This document shows, in pieces, positions 32,066 through 55,639 of a stretch of 64,000 bases of DNA (the stretch's first letter is position 1; each line of letters begins with the position of its first letter). The position numbers were made by a program, and so were the translations under genes. The notes below the pieces were generated by a model. The model saw only the letters and a program-made list of their open reading frames with translations. It made no database searches and was not told the DNA's origin. Source of the stretch: the human T2T-CHM13v2.0 reference genome, Homo sapiens; assembly GCF_009914755.1 (NCBI RefSeq), contig NC_060929.1; one strand, given 5' to 3'.

Positions 32066-34715
32066 TATGAAGTTTCTTTAATTTTTCCAAGATCTTTCAA
32101 CTTCCGCTCTTGCAGCAACCCCCTACCTCACCAACTTGCCTAATCACTATTTGGACTTAATTTGTTTTTTAATCCAACAGTAACATTTTCATTACCTTTC
32201 AGTTTTCCTTCCAAAAATATTAAAACATAAAACTGGCAAATTTCCCTAAAACCAACCTATGATAAGAATAATAGGAATTCTACTCATCTGGTGATTTTAA
32301 AAGTTCAACAAGATATGAGGTATACAAAGGCAGATGCCTAAGGTGAGACATGAAACTACAGAACTTAGGAAAACTAATTCTATCTGAAGATATTATACCA
32401 AAAATCTCTACCTGTTTTAACTTTAGTAACTGCAAATAAATTACTTCTATCTTCACCAATGAATCATTAGCAGTTTAAGGAACTGGTTGATGAAATACCC
32501 ACAATATAATTTTAAACAGAGGATAAGAAGGACAAGCCAAATGCCCAGAAGAGAGTCCAGAAACAACCTTAAATAAATATGGGACCGTAATATATGATGA
32601 AAGTGGTGTTTGAAACCACTTGGAAAAAGGTTAGTTATTTAATTAATGCTACCAGGATACATAATTAGTCATGTGGAAAAAAAACTAAAAACATCAATAT
32701 CACTCCTTAAACTAAAATAACTTCCACAGGAATCAAAATTCAAGTGTAAATTTTAGATGAAAATATATCTACATTCATATAGAGAGATAGTCTTTGAGAG
32801 AGAAACACCTATCTAAACAAGTAAATACAGAAGCCGTAATAAAAGATGTCAATAAGAGTATGTAAAAATCTAAGATTTCTCTAGGGCCTAATATAGACTA
32901 TAAAACAAGCAAAGAAGAAACAGACAAGTGACAATGTGGGGGAAAATATTTGCAACAAATGTGCCAAATGGTTAATTACCATATGAAGAGTTTCTACAAG
33001 CCAAAAAGGAAAGAAAAACCAAAAAAAAAGTGCATAAGCAATTGGAAAAGGAAAAAGAAATAAAAATGGGCTATAAATTATTAAGTTACTCAACCTCATG
33101 GATAAAAAGTGCAATTTAAAATAATAAGATACCATTTTAATGTAGCAGTTTGACAAATACTTTAACATTTGCCAAACCCAACTTCCTCAATACTTGCGGG
33201 TAAGGAGAAACAGAGGCACTCATTCACTACTGGTAGGAGTGAGGAGTGGTACTCTTGAAGGAGTATTTGACAATAACTAAAAACAAATTTTAAAGTACAT
33301 ATTTGTTTCAATAATGATTGTAATAAAAATTAGGCATGATTTAAATGTGCAAAAACAGGGTCCAGGCAAATAAATATAATATATCCACACGATTCAACAG
33401 AATATAACAGTTAATGTGTAAGTTGTATTAAAACAAGGTGCAGAACAATAGGCTTAATATGATACCATTTGTGTAAATATTTATGAAAGATATAAACAAA
33501 TCCTTGTATAGTCCTACATATTTTCTGAAAGGATGACCAGAAATTTAAGTTTGGTTGTCCCTCAAGTGCAAGACTAAAAAGCAGCATGTACTTCTTAAAC
33601 TTTTTAATGCCACAAATTATATTTTTTATCATGTGCACTTTATTTTAAAAATAGAATATAAAAAGTAAACAGTGTAAATATTCCATAAACATTTGCTTTT
33701 AATTGAAACAATTACAACTAACATATTCAGAATATCTACTATGCGGCAAATTTTGTAGCAGGGGCTGGGTCTTCTAAGTATCAAGCTATAATAACTGAAG
33801 AATTCAACTGTCTTTCTACAAACACTTATTCTACATACAAATAGCTCTTTTTACACAAAGTAAGGGAATACTATTTTTCCTCTCACCTACTTACTGTCAA
33901 TCCTTTCACATTAAGGAATAAATTCTCTCAAGACATACTTTCTTCCTTGAAATTATTTCACCCACTTTATTATCACACAGATAAAGAATATTGTTTTTAT
34001 AAATTAAGAGTGATTTAATCATTAAACTAAGAATGAACTTAAAATGGATTAGGCTCTATCAAGAAATGTGGGTTCAGATGCTAGGTCCACCAACAAATAA
34101 TATAGTAATGAATGGTTACAGTAAAGTCACATCAACTCTTCAAGCCCAGATTTCTTTGTACGTGAATATTATCAATTTCATAAGAGTGCCATATAAAGAA
34201 ATTAAACATTTACATTCTTTGTATTCTGACATGAAGTGACAATAGGCATAGCCCATATTTAAGGAAAAAAAATACCAAGAGATGCCTATTAAAATTTAAT
34301 GAGGAATATTACTATTACATTTATTTATTTAACTAAAGTACATACTCTAATTTGTAAACTCATCCTGAGTTCACTGAATTCAGTTATATTTTTAATTTCC
34401 TTTAAATATGTAACATGGAGTCTGTGAACCCAAAGGGCAAGGAAAGTTCAAGTTCAATAATATAAATGCTTGTGTTTTTTCCTATCATCCATTTCATTGT
34501 ATCTAAGACTACCACACAGATTTTGTTGCCTAATTCATCTTTTTACTTCTACTTTTATCTCTCCTTCAAAGAATTCAAATTGTTTCTTGTTCCTACGCAT
34601 GTCTTTTACTATGTACCACAATGAAAGTTATGCATGTACATATAGCTATAACAAAAATCAATTACAATAAAGTAACACTGTTTTCTTCCTGAGAAGATGG
34701 ATATAAATGTTAAAA

Positions 34716-34990
34716 TTTAAATTTTTTGTTTAATTTAAATTAAACATTTAAATTTTTTGTTTAATTTAAATTAAACATTTAAATTTTTTGTTTAATTTAA
34801 ATTAAACATTTAAATTTTTTGTTTAATTTAAATTAAACATTTAAATTTTTTGTTTAATTTAAATTAAACATTTAAATTTTTTGTTTAATTTAAATTAAAC
34901 ATTAAATTTTTTGTTTAATTTAAATTAAACATTTAAATTAAATGTTTAATTTAAATTAAACATTTAAATTAAATGTTTAATTTAAAATTT
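34716..34990. repeat. 31-bp AT-rich palindromic minisatellite, about 9 copies
   Basis: Unit TTTAAATTTTTTGTTTAATTTAAATTAAACA. The single C recurs at 34745, 34776, 34807, 34838, 34869, 34900, 34930 and 34961. Confidence 0.95.
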
Positions 34991-36069
34991 TCTTTTCTCC
35001 AAATAAGCCAGGCAACATTATTATAGTCCATAATTCAAGACAGAATAACTATATTTAAATCCACAGAAACTAGCATGGTACTCTAGGAATACTACTACTT
35101 AGAGAATAATAAAGATAAAATTTAATTCCTCCCCATTTTTACATCAATCATTATACTATTTTCAAAGAGTTAAGCATTGCAACTAATAAACATCCAATAA
35201 TAATACGCAAAAGAAGGGGAGTGGAGGATCAAGGAAAAACACTTCAAGATCGCAAGGTACATTTCAATCCACTATTCTGTCCATTGATATGAATAATGAT
35301 CTATCTCGGAAGAAAAACACCCAAAATATTAAACTAGATACAATTTCTAAACACATTACAATGTACCACATACCAGTCAAAATAAATACTGAGCCTTTAT
35401 GTTAAAGCTATTTCCTAAAAATTGTCTCTAAGAATAGAGAGCGTAGTTTCATTATCAACACTTCCAAATATTTCTTCTGTGTTTCTCTAACTTGATATTC
35501 AATTCTAAACTTTTGTTTTCAAACTTTGAATATACAAGGGGGGAAATAATGTATAAAAAATAATGTAAAAATACTGTAAGATTTTCCCTAAATGCATAAC
35601 AAACATACGCTAAGTAAGGATTAGATATTAACGGAAATCTGAAGTATTATATATATATCTTTCACTTTTATAAGCCAAATAAATTCTATCACAAAATGTG
35701 ACTTCTCTTTGAGTGAGTTAGTAAACTCTGTATTTTTGTTTTAACGTACCCATTTTCAGATTTTAACTACAACAGCTCCCTTAACTGACCTCTATTTAAC
35801 TGTCTGGCCTTAGCCAACACTTTTTTTTTTTTTTTTTTGGCCCATGGCATGCTGACCATTCTTAACCAGTATGCTATTTTTTGTATTATCAGGTACTTCT
35901 GTTCTCACTAGTTGGGTTACATGCTTAACAAGTCAGTTGGTTGTTCCCAAACCTGTTTATGCCAGTTTACTTGTTATAGTTCTTACATATCTTAAACATT
36001 ATTCATGTCTAATGACTACGAGTGCAAAAAGGAACAGTTGTTTCTATATACTAAGTTAAATGTAAACTA

Positions 36070-36406
<337 letters not shown>

Positions 36407-36921
36407 CTAAGTAGAATGACTCAACGAAGGTGAGTTATTCTTTTAAAGGGTGTTGAATTGGAGAAAAGTGATGTAACTGCAAAATATAAGGGGAAATCAT
36501 AAAAAGTTAGAAGGAGCCTATACTTAGAGTTTTTCAAAAGTTATCTTCAGGCTTTTATTCCACATTAGAGAAATCAAAACTGTAAATAGCAAATCATGTG
36601 TGAGGAACATGAGAACAGCTTCTCCCAACTCCACAAAGAGATGGCATTAGCTCAATGTTAAAAAGTTTAAAAATGAATTTACATTTATATTTTTAAGTTA
36701 AAATTTTAGAATGTTACTTACAAGATGTATTATTTTTAAATATTCAGTAACCTACAAAGTAACTGTCCCAGCCTCAACAAATAAAAAGGCTTCAAACATT
36801 TTTTTTTCCTGAAGCCCTTAAACTGGTTTGATATACCCACCAGATAAAAACTACATGTCTATGCAAAATAACAATATGTAGTAAAAACCACAGTAAAATC
36901 ACTTTATGGAAAAAAGTATTA

Positions 36922-37329
<408 letters not shown>

Positions 37330-38194
37330 TTACAAAAAGTGAAAAGTTGAGATTTTCTAGATTGCATAATGATTTTCAGTAATTTTTACAATATTATAAA
37401 TAAATCTGTAAGAAATAAAATATAACATTTTCTTCTAACATTTGAAGAATAAAACGAAAGCCAGATTTTGGTTAAAATTATTGTTTATTCTTCGTATGCT
37501 TTCATCCTCTCCTAAGTACCTTCATGATATTTGTTTTGGTCCTTGTCATAATTAACATATTCAACAGAGAAGTATGTTCAGTTATGTATGTAGTCTCTCA
37601 TTCTGACACCAAAGACTGCATGAAGCCTTCTAAATCAACGGAAGTATAAAGTCAATTATTGCTAAACTCTACTTTTGTTGTTATTCCTATATGAAAATTT
37701 ATAACAGCTGTAACTATATCAAAATAAAAATAATAATCTTTAGTAAGCTGGCATCAACTTTAACTTTTCCTCTACAGAACTGAATAATATTAAAAATGGC
37801 CAATACATTTTCCAAGTTCCTCTGAACATGCATTTTTCAAACTCAAGAGTAATAAAACAAAAATAAAATTGCTTTTCAAAAACATATTGGATTGTCTTCA
37901 ATACCTTAAGAGTTTCTGTGTTGCTAAAGTCTTGCTGCAAAGTGAAGATCACAATAAACTGGAAAAGGCAGAAATGTAACCTTTACAGGAATACTTATTT
38001 TTGCATGTTTTTATCTATGCTCTGGGGTGTTAAGTATAGAAAAATCTCAAAAACTATCTGCCAATTCCAAAAACTAATTAAAAATGGATTGCCAAAATAT
38101 ACTGCATTGGCTCAGGCTCTATATCCACTGAGAAATCTTTTATTTTTCTGTTCTCTAATTAAGCATTTTTGAGATTGATTCACTTCTTAAATTT

Positions 38195-38478
38195 TCTTTT
38201 ATTTAGTATTTTCTTGAGACAGGGTCTCGCTCTGTCACCCAGGATGGAGTGCAGTGGCACCATCTCAGTTTACCGCAATCTCCTGGGCTCAATCCTCCCA
38301 CCTCAGCCTCCCAAGTGATTGAGACTACAGGTGTGCACCCCCACATCTGGCTAATTTTTTGTAGAAATGAGGTTTCGCTATGGTGCCAAGGCTCGTCTCA
38401 AACTCCTGGGCTCAAGCGATCTGTCTTCCTTGGTCTCCCAAAGTGCTGGGACTACAGGTGAGCCACCATCCCTAGCCA
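38195..38478 (-). mobile_element. AluJ-like
   Basis: Antisense dimer. Confidence 0.9.
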
Positions 38479-41400
38479 GTTCTTAATTTTTCTAAGCCCC
38501 ATCATTACAACCACTCTCTGAGAACTCACCCAAGCCAACATTTAACTCATTCTAGTGGCTCCCAATCACCATTTCCTTATTTCTAACTGCTTGAGATGTA
38601 CCACCACTTAGACACGGGCTTGAAATAAATGATAGTTACCAATAAAACTGAATTCACCTTCCTATAAAGTATACTTCCTTCCTATTTTCCTACTTCCTTG
38701 GGGAGACTGCTACTTCTGCTCAGAGTTAGTGTATTAGATATACAAACAGATTAGTGGATATAGGATAAAATAGGCTCAACTATTTTATAACTCATGTGAA
38801 GAGAGTTTTGACAAGTTACTTTTGTAAACTTCAGTTTCTTTGCCTGTTGACTGACGGCTGAATAAAATAATGAAAATGCCTAGCATAGTCACAGAAGATA
38901 CTCAATACCTAAGTGTTCCTTCTCAATATTTATAGCCCATTACCAAAAGCTGCTCATCTTTCCTTCATAGTAAACCCTTAAATTTGCCTCCTCTTCTCAT
39001 TTTCAACTATTCCAATCAAATTATCCAGTTCCTGTATTCCTTAGGAGACTTAATAATTTTTTCTCTAGTATCTTCTGTTTTTTTCATAATTTACACAAGC
39101 TTATTTACTTACTAAGCATATTTGCCTACTTTTCTTACATTGATCGTATTGAGTCTCTAGCTCCAAAACTTACATGGACAACTTCCCACTGACTGTCATA
39201 CAAATTGTTTAGGGCATTCAAGACCCTTCATGGATTAATCCTACCTCATTTACAATTACCACACTTCATAAGGCTAAACTTTGTGACAGTGGTCAAGTTA
39301 CTTATTCTCTTTGTGTTCTTTTTTTCTTTGTCAAATTCTCTTAGAGTTAAGTTTAAACAAGAATAGACTTAGAACAGTGCCTGGACATAGTATTTTCTGA
39401 ATCTGAGGAAGAGTTATACATAGCTAATGAAGCTTAACCTTCAGCATTTCTCACTAGAATAGAACTCTTTCAATGTTAGAGGAGAAGCCCCAGCAATTAT
39501 GTATCCATAACTTAATATTAGTTCTTATAAGAGACTGAACAAACTGTATCAGCTTCAGGACCCTTTACTCAGTAAGTATTAGCTGTATCATGACACCTGG
39601 AAGACAAGTTTTTTGTCTTTTCTCTGCTCTCATAATGTTCCCTCACTCTTCCCCATTTAACAAATACAGATAAGGCAATATGCTAGACACTGCAGGGGAA
39701 TCAAATATTACTGTGGCCAACAGGCCAGCAGACACAAACTCAAGAGAAAAAAATATATATTTAGAATAAGAGTCAGAAGCAAGCTACAAACAAAATGCTA
39801 TGGGAATTCAAGTGAAGGAGGTCTTGAATGATGGCAAAATAAGAAAAGGCTTTATGGAAAGGACAGTATTTGGCTTGGACTCTTAAGGATGGACAGAATT
39901 TCAAACAGTTTGGTGTGTGGAAAAACAGAAGGTAAACCATGAAGGATGGAGGAAATTCAGAAATTGAATGAGATTATTTTATCCAGGCTTAGGTGCTCTC
40001 AAGTCCTACTAAGGCATGCATCTTTTCCCCACCATGATCCATCACGATACTTGCTATAACTAGATAGAATTATTGTCTATCTAGTATTTTTGGAATCTAT
40101 ACACTTAAGTGATTTATAAGAAATATGCTTCATAGGTATTTCCATGTATTTCAGATTACCATATGGAAAATACCCTTTGAACTGGTATATTTCTAATATA
40201 AATTTACCCAAGCCCATTCCAAATCCACCCCATTTTGGGGGAGAAACAAAATGAATTGTACCGGGACTTATTTACATTACTCAATGGAAGGAAAAGAACA
40301 AAATCCGAGTTCTGACCTTTGTTTAAATTACCAGGTGAATACAAAGAATTCAAACTATATAATTTACATTTAAAAACATCTACCATACTCAGTATGAGTA
40401 TATATACTCAATTTAGAATACCCTTGATTAAAAAGCTTCCAGAAAACTGTATATAACCATAAATTGGTAAATCTCAGGAAAATTTCCTTCATAGCTTTGA
40501 GCAAGAATACCAAAAGCTTTATTCCTATTCATTCTACATATGCAGCAACAGTCAAAATTTAAGCTATTCACCTTCCATAGAGGTGATCAAATACATTTGT
40601 ATGCATTTAAATATCGAGATTGGTCTTCCATTTTTTTATCTATAGTATACCTACTCCAGAGCACTGGTTACTTTTTCCCCCGGTCACTCCACTCCCCCAA
40701 CCCCCAAAAAAGTAATTATCAGTAGGTCAAAAGTACAATTTGTTTCGTAAAATACTTAACACATCACAATACTAATATGGCAGTCAGCTTCCCATCTTAT
40801 GAGCAGTGATGAAACTACCAAAATCACTGAGAAGCAAGTAACCCACTTCCTATTACCAACTGAAAATGTATACCTACTACACAATGTGTTCAATAGAGAT
40901 TCCTAAATTACAGGATACATTTAATCTAAAGAAATCCTGAGGAGCTTCTCGTTACTGAAAACCTTGCACTGAAATTTCAAGAATGATCACAGCATCAATA
41001 TACAACATAATTTTGCTGCTATACAAATAAAAGTCAACACTTGCAATCCTTAGTTCTGACTACTCATGCCTTTCCTGGCCCCCTTCTCATTAGCTTTCTA
41101 GACATTATAAAAGCCTAATATGAAACAATTCCACAAATAATGTCCAAGTGATTTGCCAAATATGAATACTGGAAACAGGGTGATTTCTTAATAGCCACTG
41201 GCTGCACATGACATAGTATCTTATGACCAGCTTGTTGAGGGACTGGCCCAGCTCCCCCTCTCCAAGTTAACTGCTAGCTCCAGCCATGTCTAAAAAAGTT
41301 TAACAGGAAGGGAGAGAGAAGTCAAAAAGGCTACGTGAATCTTCTTACAGCAAAAACTTAAAAAAAAAATCCCCACAACTATGTAATATCAAGAGATCAT

Positions 41401-42027
41401 CCACCTGCAGTCCTATAATGACTGCTTTGCTAAAATTTTGATACAGGGATTTTAAAAAATATATAAAAGATAAAACATCTTTTCCTTACCCTCGACCCCT
41501 TACCGCAAAAATATTTTATTATTAAGTAATGCTCTTCCTGGACTAAAGATCAGTCTCCATTCTCACATGTTCCAAGTTACTATGAATATTTCCTGTACCC
41601 ATCATGTGCCGATTCAATATCTCTATTCTGAACTAAGGTACAGGGTGAGGGAGAAAGTCCTCCACATTCATCTGTCTCACTACATCTAACCTAGCAGAAT
41701 TCAACACCTCAAATTTCAACACCAAGCTGAGTCGCTCCAGCTTCTGTCGAAAGAGTTGCGTCCGCAGTGCCCCCCAACCTACTCGGCTTGGCATCCTCAG
41801 AGAGACCAACCTCTTTTAAGAGGTCCGACTTGAACCGCTCCCATGCCCAGTCGTTCGGACACCGCTGAAGCCCAACCCGGATTCCTTACACCCGGGACAG
41901 CTGCCGCCCTAAGTCCCAAGTCACGGCGCGCATCTGGCCTCCCAAACTGGATCTCAGGTTTATACACCCTTTCCCTGGTCCTCGGCTGCCCCCGACGAGC
42001 CCCCGGGCAACAAGGACAGTGCCCCTA

Positions 42028-42676
<649 letters not shown>

Positions 42677-42756
42677 CTTCCTGCCTGGCCCACTATTTAC
42701 CCTCCCCTCCCCTGTCCTTTCCCCTCCCCTTCGTCCTCCCATTCTCCCCCACTACT

Positions 42757-42765
42757 CCCCGCCCC
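42757..42765 (-). promoter_or_regulatory. GC box (Sp1/KLF)
   Basis: GGGGCGGGG on the minus strand. A second GC box (AGGGCGGGG) is at 42883-42891 on plus. Confidence 0.65.
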
Positions 42766-42826
42766 GTCCCCCTCCCGGCGTCTGACGCGACACGCCGAGC
42801 CTTCGGGATCCTCCTCCCGAACCCTA

Positions 42827-43102
<276 letters not shown>

Positions 43103-43914
43103 TTATGACGAACCCTCCGGGCTTGCGGGCCCAGACGTGAGAGAGCTTTCCGCTGAAGATGACGGGCCTGCTTTCCAGGGCGGCTTGTCGAAAGCCCGGG
43201 AGCATCTGGCCGCTTCCGCCTCAACCATGGGCTGGGGTTTTGTGAGCTACTAGTGCCAAGGGTTTTCTTTCCACCAGACCACCGCTGTAAATCTCGAGGG
43301 TCTTACTCATTAGAAGTTAGAATTCACATTTGACGTTTAAAGGAAGAATTTCCTTAGTACCTTCTCACAAGCACGCACTTCGCATTTTTAGATTTCTAGA
43401 GTTTGCTTTGTAGAAAGTAATTTTGAGGTTGTCAGAGAATAAATGACGTTAGAAAGGTTTTTAAAGTAAAACAAGAATGTGAGATGATAGCCTGGGATTT
43501 TCTCTTGGTTGTAAATGAATATCTTACTGAGAACCACGTTAACCATGCCTGCCCCTCAAAGATAGGAAAGGTTGGATATATAGAAACTTTCTCGTATTAG
43601 AAATACCGAAGTGCAGTGGTTTTGTGTGTACAAGGGATTAGGCAATAGGAGGCTATTTTTGTTTTAAGACTAGGGTTGAATTAGCAGAAAGACCAATAGA
43701 AGATCTAACAACTCTTGTCAGTTGTCAAGGATAACTTTGATTATGAGACTTTGACTTTGTAGCTTCAGTAATTTCCTCTCGTTAGCTATTTTAATATAGT
43801 CGATTTCCTTGTAATTGCCAAGAGTAAAATTTGTTATTAAACCTTAGAAAGAGTACTTTCTTACTACAAGGATGGGACGATAGGAGCGAAATTTCGAGTC
43901 TAAGGGAAAACGCT

Positions 43915-44085
43915 GGCCGAGTGTGGTGGCTCACGCCTGTAATCCCAGCACTTCGGGAGGCCGAGGTGGGTGGATCACCTGAGGCCGGGAGTTTGAGACC
44001 AGCCTGGGCAACAAGGTAAAACCCCGTCTCTACTAAAAATACAAAGATTAGCCGAGCATGGTGGTAGGTGCCTGTAACTCCAGCT
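43915..44085 (+). mobile_element. 3'-truncated AluS
   Basis: Left monomer, linker and start of the right monomer; no tail. Confidence 0.9.
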
Positions 44086-46519
44086 CTTTATATCCTGGTT
44101 TCAAATCTAGGCTTGATGACCTTCTCCCATATCCCAGTATCATATTTTTTTCTTCCTGCATGGGGGATTAATTACGATTCTGAATGGTTGGTAGCATGAA
44201 GCTAGGTTATCCCTATCGTGGCAATGGATATTTAAGTAGGCATTGCCAATATTTATCTTGCTTTCTTTTACTTTCTTCTTTTTCTGACCATCCACACTCC
44301 ATTTATATTGATGAGTTCTTTTACTAATATCAATTATTATTATATTATGCTCATACTGCCATGTCTTATTCTGCAGCTTTGATCCTTAAGGTGACTTTGC
44401 ATATCTGTCTAGGACTCCTTTATCTGTTGATTTTTACCATTTAAGTCTCCAAAGACAGCTGTATTTTTGGAAAAGTGGGAGGGAAGAGGTAGATGGGGAT
44501 ACTCATTGATACCTTAATGCACTTCACAGCTGCTTGAGAATATGTCAGATCTCATAAAAAGTTCTAACATTCGAGAATAAGACAGTGATTTCAGAAATGG
44601 AATTTCAAAGGGTGTGTAGGCCACCCTTTTTATCCTGTTTCCTATTGTAGAAATGAGAGCCAGGCTAGGAATGTTTCAAGCAGAAATATTCTTACTATTC
44701 AATGAAATTGAAAATGTATTCCCATATCTTTTACTCCTATCTGTTTGGTTTATGGGATAAAAACTTGTTAGAGTAGTTGGTATTTCATAGGCTTCACTAT
44801 AACATTGGAAAATCTTTTAGTCTAAAAAGCACACAGTACGGTACACCAATGAACAGTATTAGTGCCCACTCTTGGCATGTACACATGTTCTTTCTGTCGT
44901 TTTTATTTTGCTTAGCTTTTGAGTCTCTTCCTGTTACTGTGAGAAATTCTTTTATTAATATTTTAAAGGCATACTATATAAAGCAGTGTGGTGGTATATT
45001 AGGTATCAGTAGAATCCTCTTGATAGTTATTTAGTAAACGTGTTTTGCTTCCTGTTTTTTTCTAACCTTTTTATTGTTTCACTTCTACTATAATTTCACA
45101 TCCTTTTCTTCTTAGTCAAATAAGTTGAAAAAATATATTTTTATAGAACATGTTGCTATGGTGATAGTTTATGAAAATATACTTTATCCCTGTTTAAGAT
45201 CTTTATTAAGATCTTGCTATATGATAATCTGACTGGGGTGCTATAAAAGTAAGATATAAACCACTTCTTCTGTAGATTCATTGTTTTCTAGCATTTTTCT
45301 GTCTAGGTATTCTGACAATAATTATGTGTAGAGAGTGAATAAATATTTAAAATTGTGTGTGACATAGGAGGTTTTCAGTAAATAATAACTGATGAATGAA
45401 ATAAGTTTAACTTGGTTGATGATTGAAGAGAAGTTGTGGGAACTGCAATTAACAAGGCCCAAGAAAAAAATCACTAACATGATTAAAATTGGTCAGACAC
45501 CAAAGAACCAAATAACATCATAGCCTTTTGTAAGTAGCAATTATCATTTGCCAAAGGCCTACAAAATGTCAAACATTGTTTTAGGTTCATTTGATTTATT
45601 CGCTCTTCACAAAAATCCTGCAAGGTAGACATTATTCTTACTTTACATATGAGGAAATTAACATTCAAAGAAGTTAATTGCCCAGATCATCGCTAGTGAA
45701 TAGTCTAGTCCAGACTTTGGACCTTAGGCGCTTGCAATACATAACTTTTAATACATATAGAATTGATTTTAGATTTTAGAAAAGTCACTCAGGCATAATG
45801 GCACATATCTGTAGTCCTAGCTGCTCAGGGTGCTGAGGTGGCAGGCTAGCTTGACCCCAGAGGTTTGAGGCTGTAGTGAGCTGTGATCATGCCAGTGCAC
45901 TCCAGTGTAGGTGACAAAGTGAGACCCTGTCTCAAAAAAAAAAAAATTCCAAAAAACTATTATCCCAAATTTTTTAAATGATTAAACATTTGAGAATCTG
46001 TCAGAGCCAGATAGATTACATTCTAGGTGTGTTACATAGTTTTTCTTTAGTTTAACAGTTTTCTTAAAAGAAAATTCATCCACATGCATTTTTAAGGTGC
46101 AGTAACATATAGCCAGTTTACAGCTCTTTTCTTGCTAGTGTACACTAGCAAATATATGTTCCAATTACGCATAAATAATTTAAATGATCTCTGGAGCCTC
46201 TTGCAACTATCCCCTTGTCTTGTGTTGCTACTAAAAGGAAAAACGTATTGATTTAACCTTTGGTATTATCAGGAAAAATAGTCATTGTCATTTACTATCA
46301 TTTTATTTTTTGTATTTTTGGTCATTTTATGAATAGTCCTGAGAAGCAGCAATAAAGGGATAGTGGAAAAACAACTTTATTAGAAATTATAATAAAAATA
46401 AAAACATAGCAAACCCAAATTTTTATTCCATATATTCTTGAAATAGGGAGGCCTCAAGCAATCCTCCTGCCTTGGCCTCCCAAAGTGTTGAGATTTGATG
46501 TGAGCCAACATGCCAGGCC

Positions 46520-53550
<7,031 letters not shown>

Positions 53551-54916
53551 TTCAGAACTCTTAATGGTGTTAATAAAAGCCACTAAAAAGAAGACTGCAA
53601 AAATGAGGTTTCTATGCTTTTCTGCTTTCAAAGATGTTATACTGCGGAAAACATTTTGAAAGCTGAAGTATGATATAAAAATGATTTCTTTTCCTACTGG
53701 ATCATCTTTTTAGGTGATTCCATTTTATTTTTAAATTATTTTATTTTTAGCATATCTCCTAAGAAATAATTCATGAGTAATGATTAAATAAACCCTAGGA
53801 TGATGCAATACTAAAATACAGAGCATAGGAAAAACAGGATCCCTAAGATTCTATTATGCATCTTAAATTTATAAAGAGGATGAATACATTCATATAGTAA
53901 TTGTAGGATAGAATCAGTTTTATTCTGTTAAAAAAAAAGAATCCTTTTTTCTTTGGAAGACTTCTAAGAAAATAAGATATAAAATATTAATGTTTACAAA
54001 TAAATTTGCTCAAAGAAGAAACTCAAAGATAAAAGACACTGGTGGTATATAATGACTAATGTAACTACGTTCTTCAATTTTATTTTACAACCAAAGCTGA
54101 GCTGATTTATATTTCCTTCCCCTGTCTCAGGGTTAGCTGTTGTAATTCATTACAAAATAAGAATAATTTGCCTAAATAAGATACTCTTTATCTTAAAGGT
54201 CAAAGCACATCATAATATACTGCTAGTTGATTTATCTTTGTCCAATCTAGTAAAATTTTTTGCATTTAAAAATAGAAAATATTATATATGATGTATTTAG
54301 TAAACACCTATCCATTGGGATATCTGAATGTCATTTTAGTTAGAAATACCTAAAGTATTAAAATCATTTTTCAGGTTTCCACATAAGAAAGGTATGTCTG
54401 TCATGTAGATCGCACTGTAGAAATCAGTTCATAGTAGAACCATACTGTGTAAATTGCAATCTAAGAGAATTATCAAGGACCAAAGTAAAGTCAAGGGGAT
54501 CAATGACTAATATGCAGTAATATTTACCTTAGCCCTCAGGCAGATATGTGAAAAGATGTGTAAAGTTAAGAAATACCTGTAAACTCCAGATACAAAGGCT
54601 TTCTGCAAACAAAGACCTTTGCTTCTTTCTAGGAATTTTTGCTGGTTTTACTGTGGAATGAGAACCCAAACTGTTTTGTGATTAAGTTAAACAGGTACAT
54701 GATTCAAGCAGTAGGTTTTGTAGGTTATATTCTTGAAAGAAGGCCTGGGAATTTTTGAAGCCTTGGAAAGCCTTGGGTTTTTTTGTTGGTTTGTTTTTCA
54801 CTTGAGAGTGTTTTTAAACTAGAAAACAATTTAAATATATGCGTGATGAGGATTCTGGGGAGGTGAGGAAGGCATCTTTGTTGCATGTCAGAGACAGATA
54901 AAACTTTCACATTGTA

Positions 54917-55346
<430 letters not shown>

Positions 55347-55639
55347 TTAAATCTAGGAACTGAGTCAGTCCCAGGTGCCTTCCTTAAATACTTGTGGGTT
55401 GAATGACTGTCTTAACCCATCTGAAACCAATCTAGGATTAAAATTTTAGAAGACAGTGGAGTTTAATTGGCTGCTCTCCTCTCTTAGGCTCTTGGAGAAG
55501 TCAGTGCTGTCAGCAAACATCTGTTTAAACATGTGGAATAGCTGTACTTTGGAGAGCAAAAGTTATTTTAGTACTTTAGGAATATGAAGTAAATTACGTA
55601 TAAGTTTATTTGCTTTTAAATTTTTGAGAAACTTCTACT

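Noticed and set aside
34716-34990. CRISPR-like look of regularly spaced palindromic repeats
   Set aside because: No unique spacers, no cas genes, human intronic context; it is a minisatellite.
46113-46140. TTACAGCTCTTTT resembling the U7 snRNA 5' end
   Set aside because: Only about 13 nt match; no Sm site or 3' hairpin follows.
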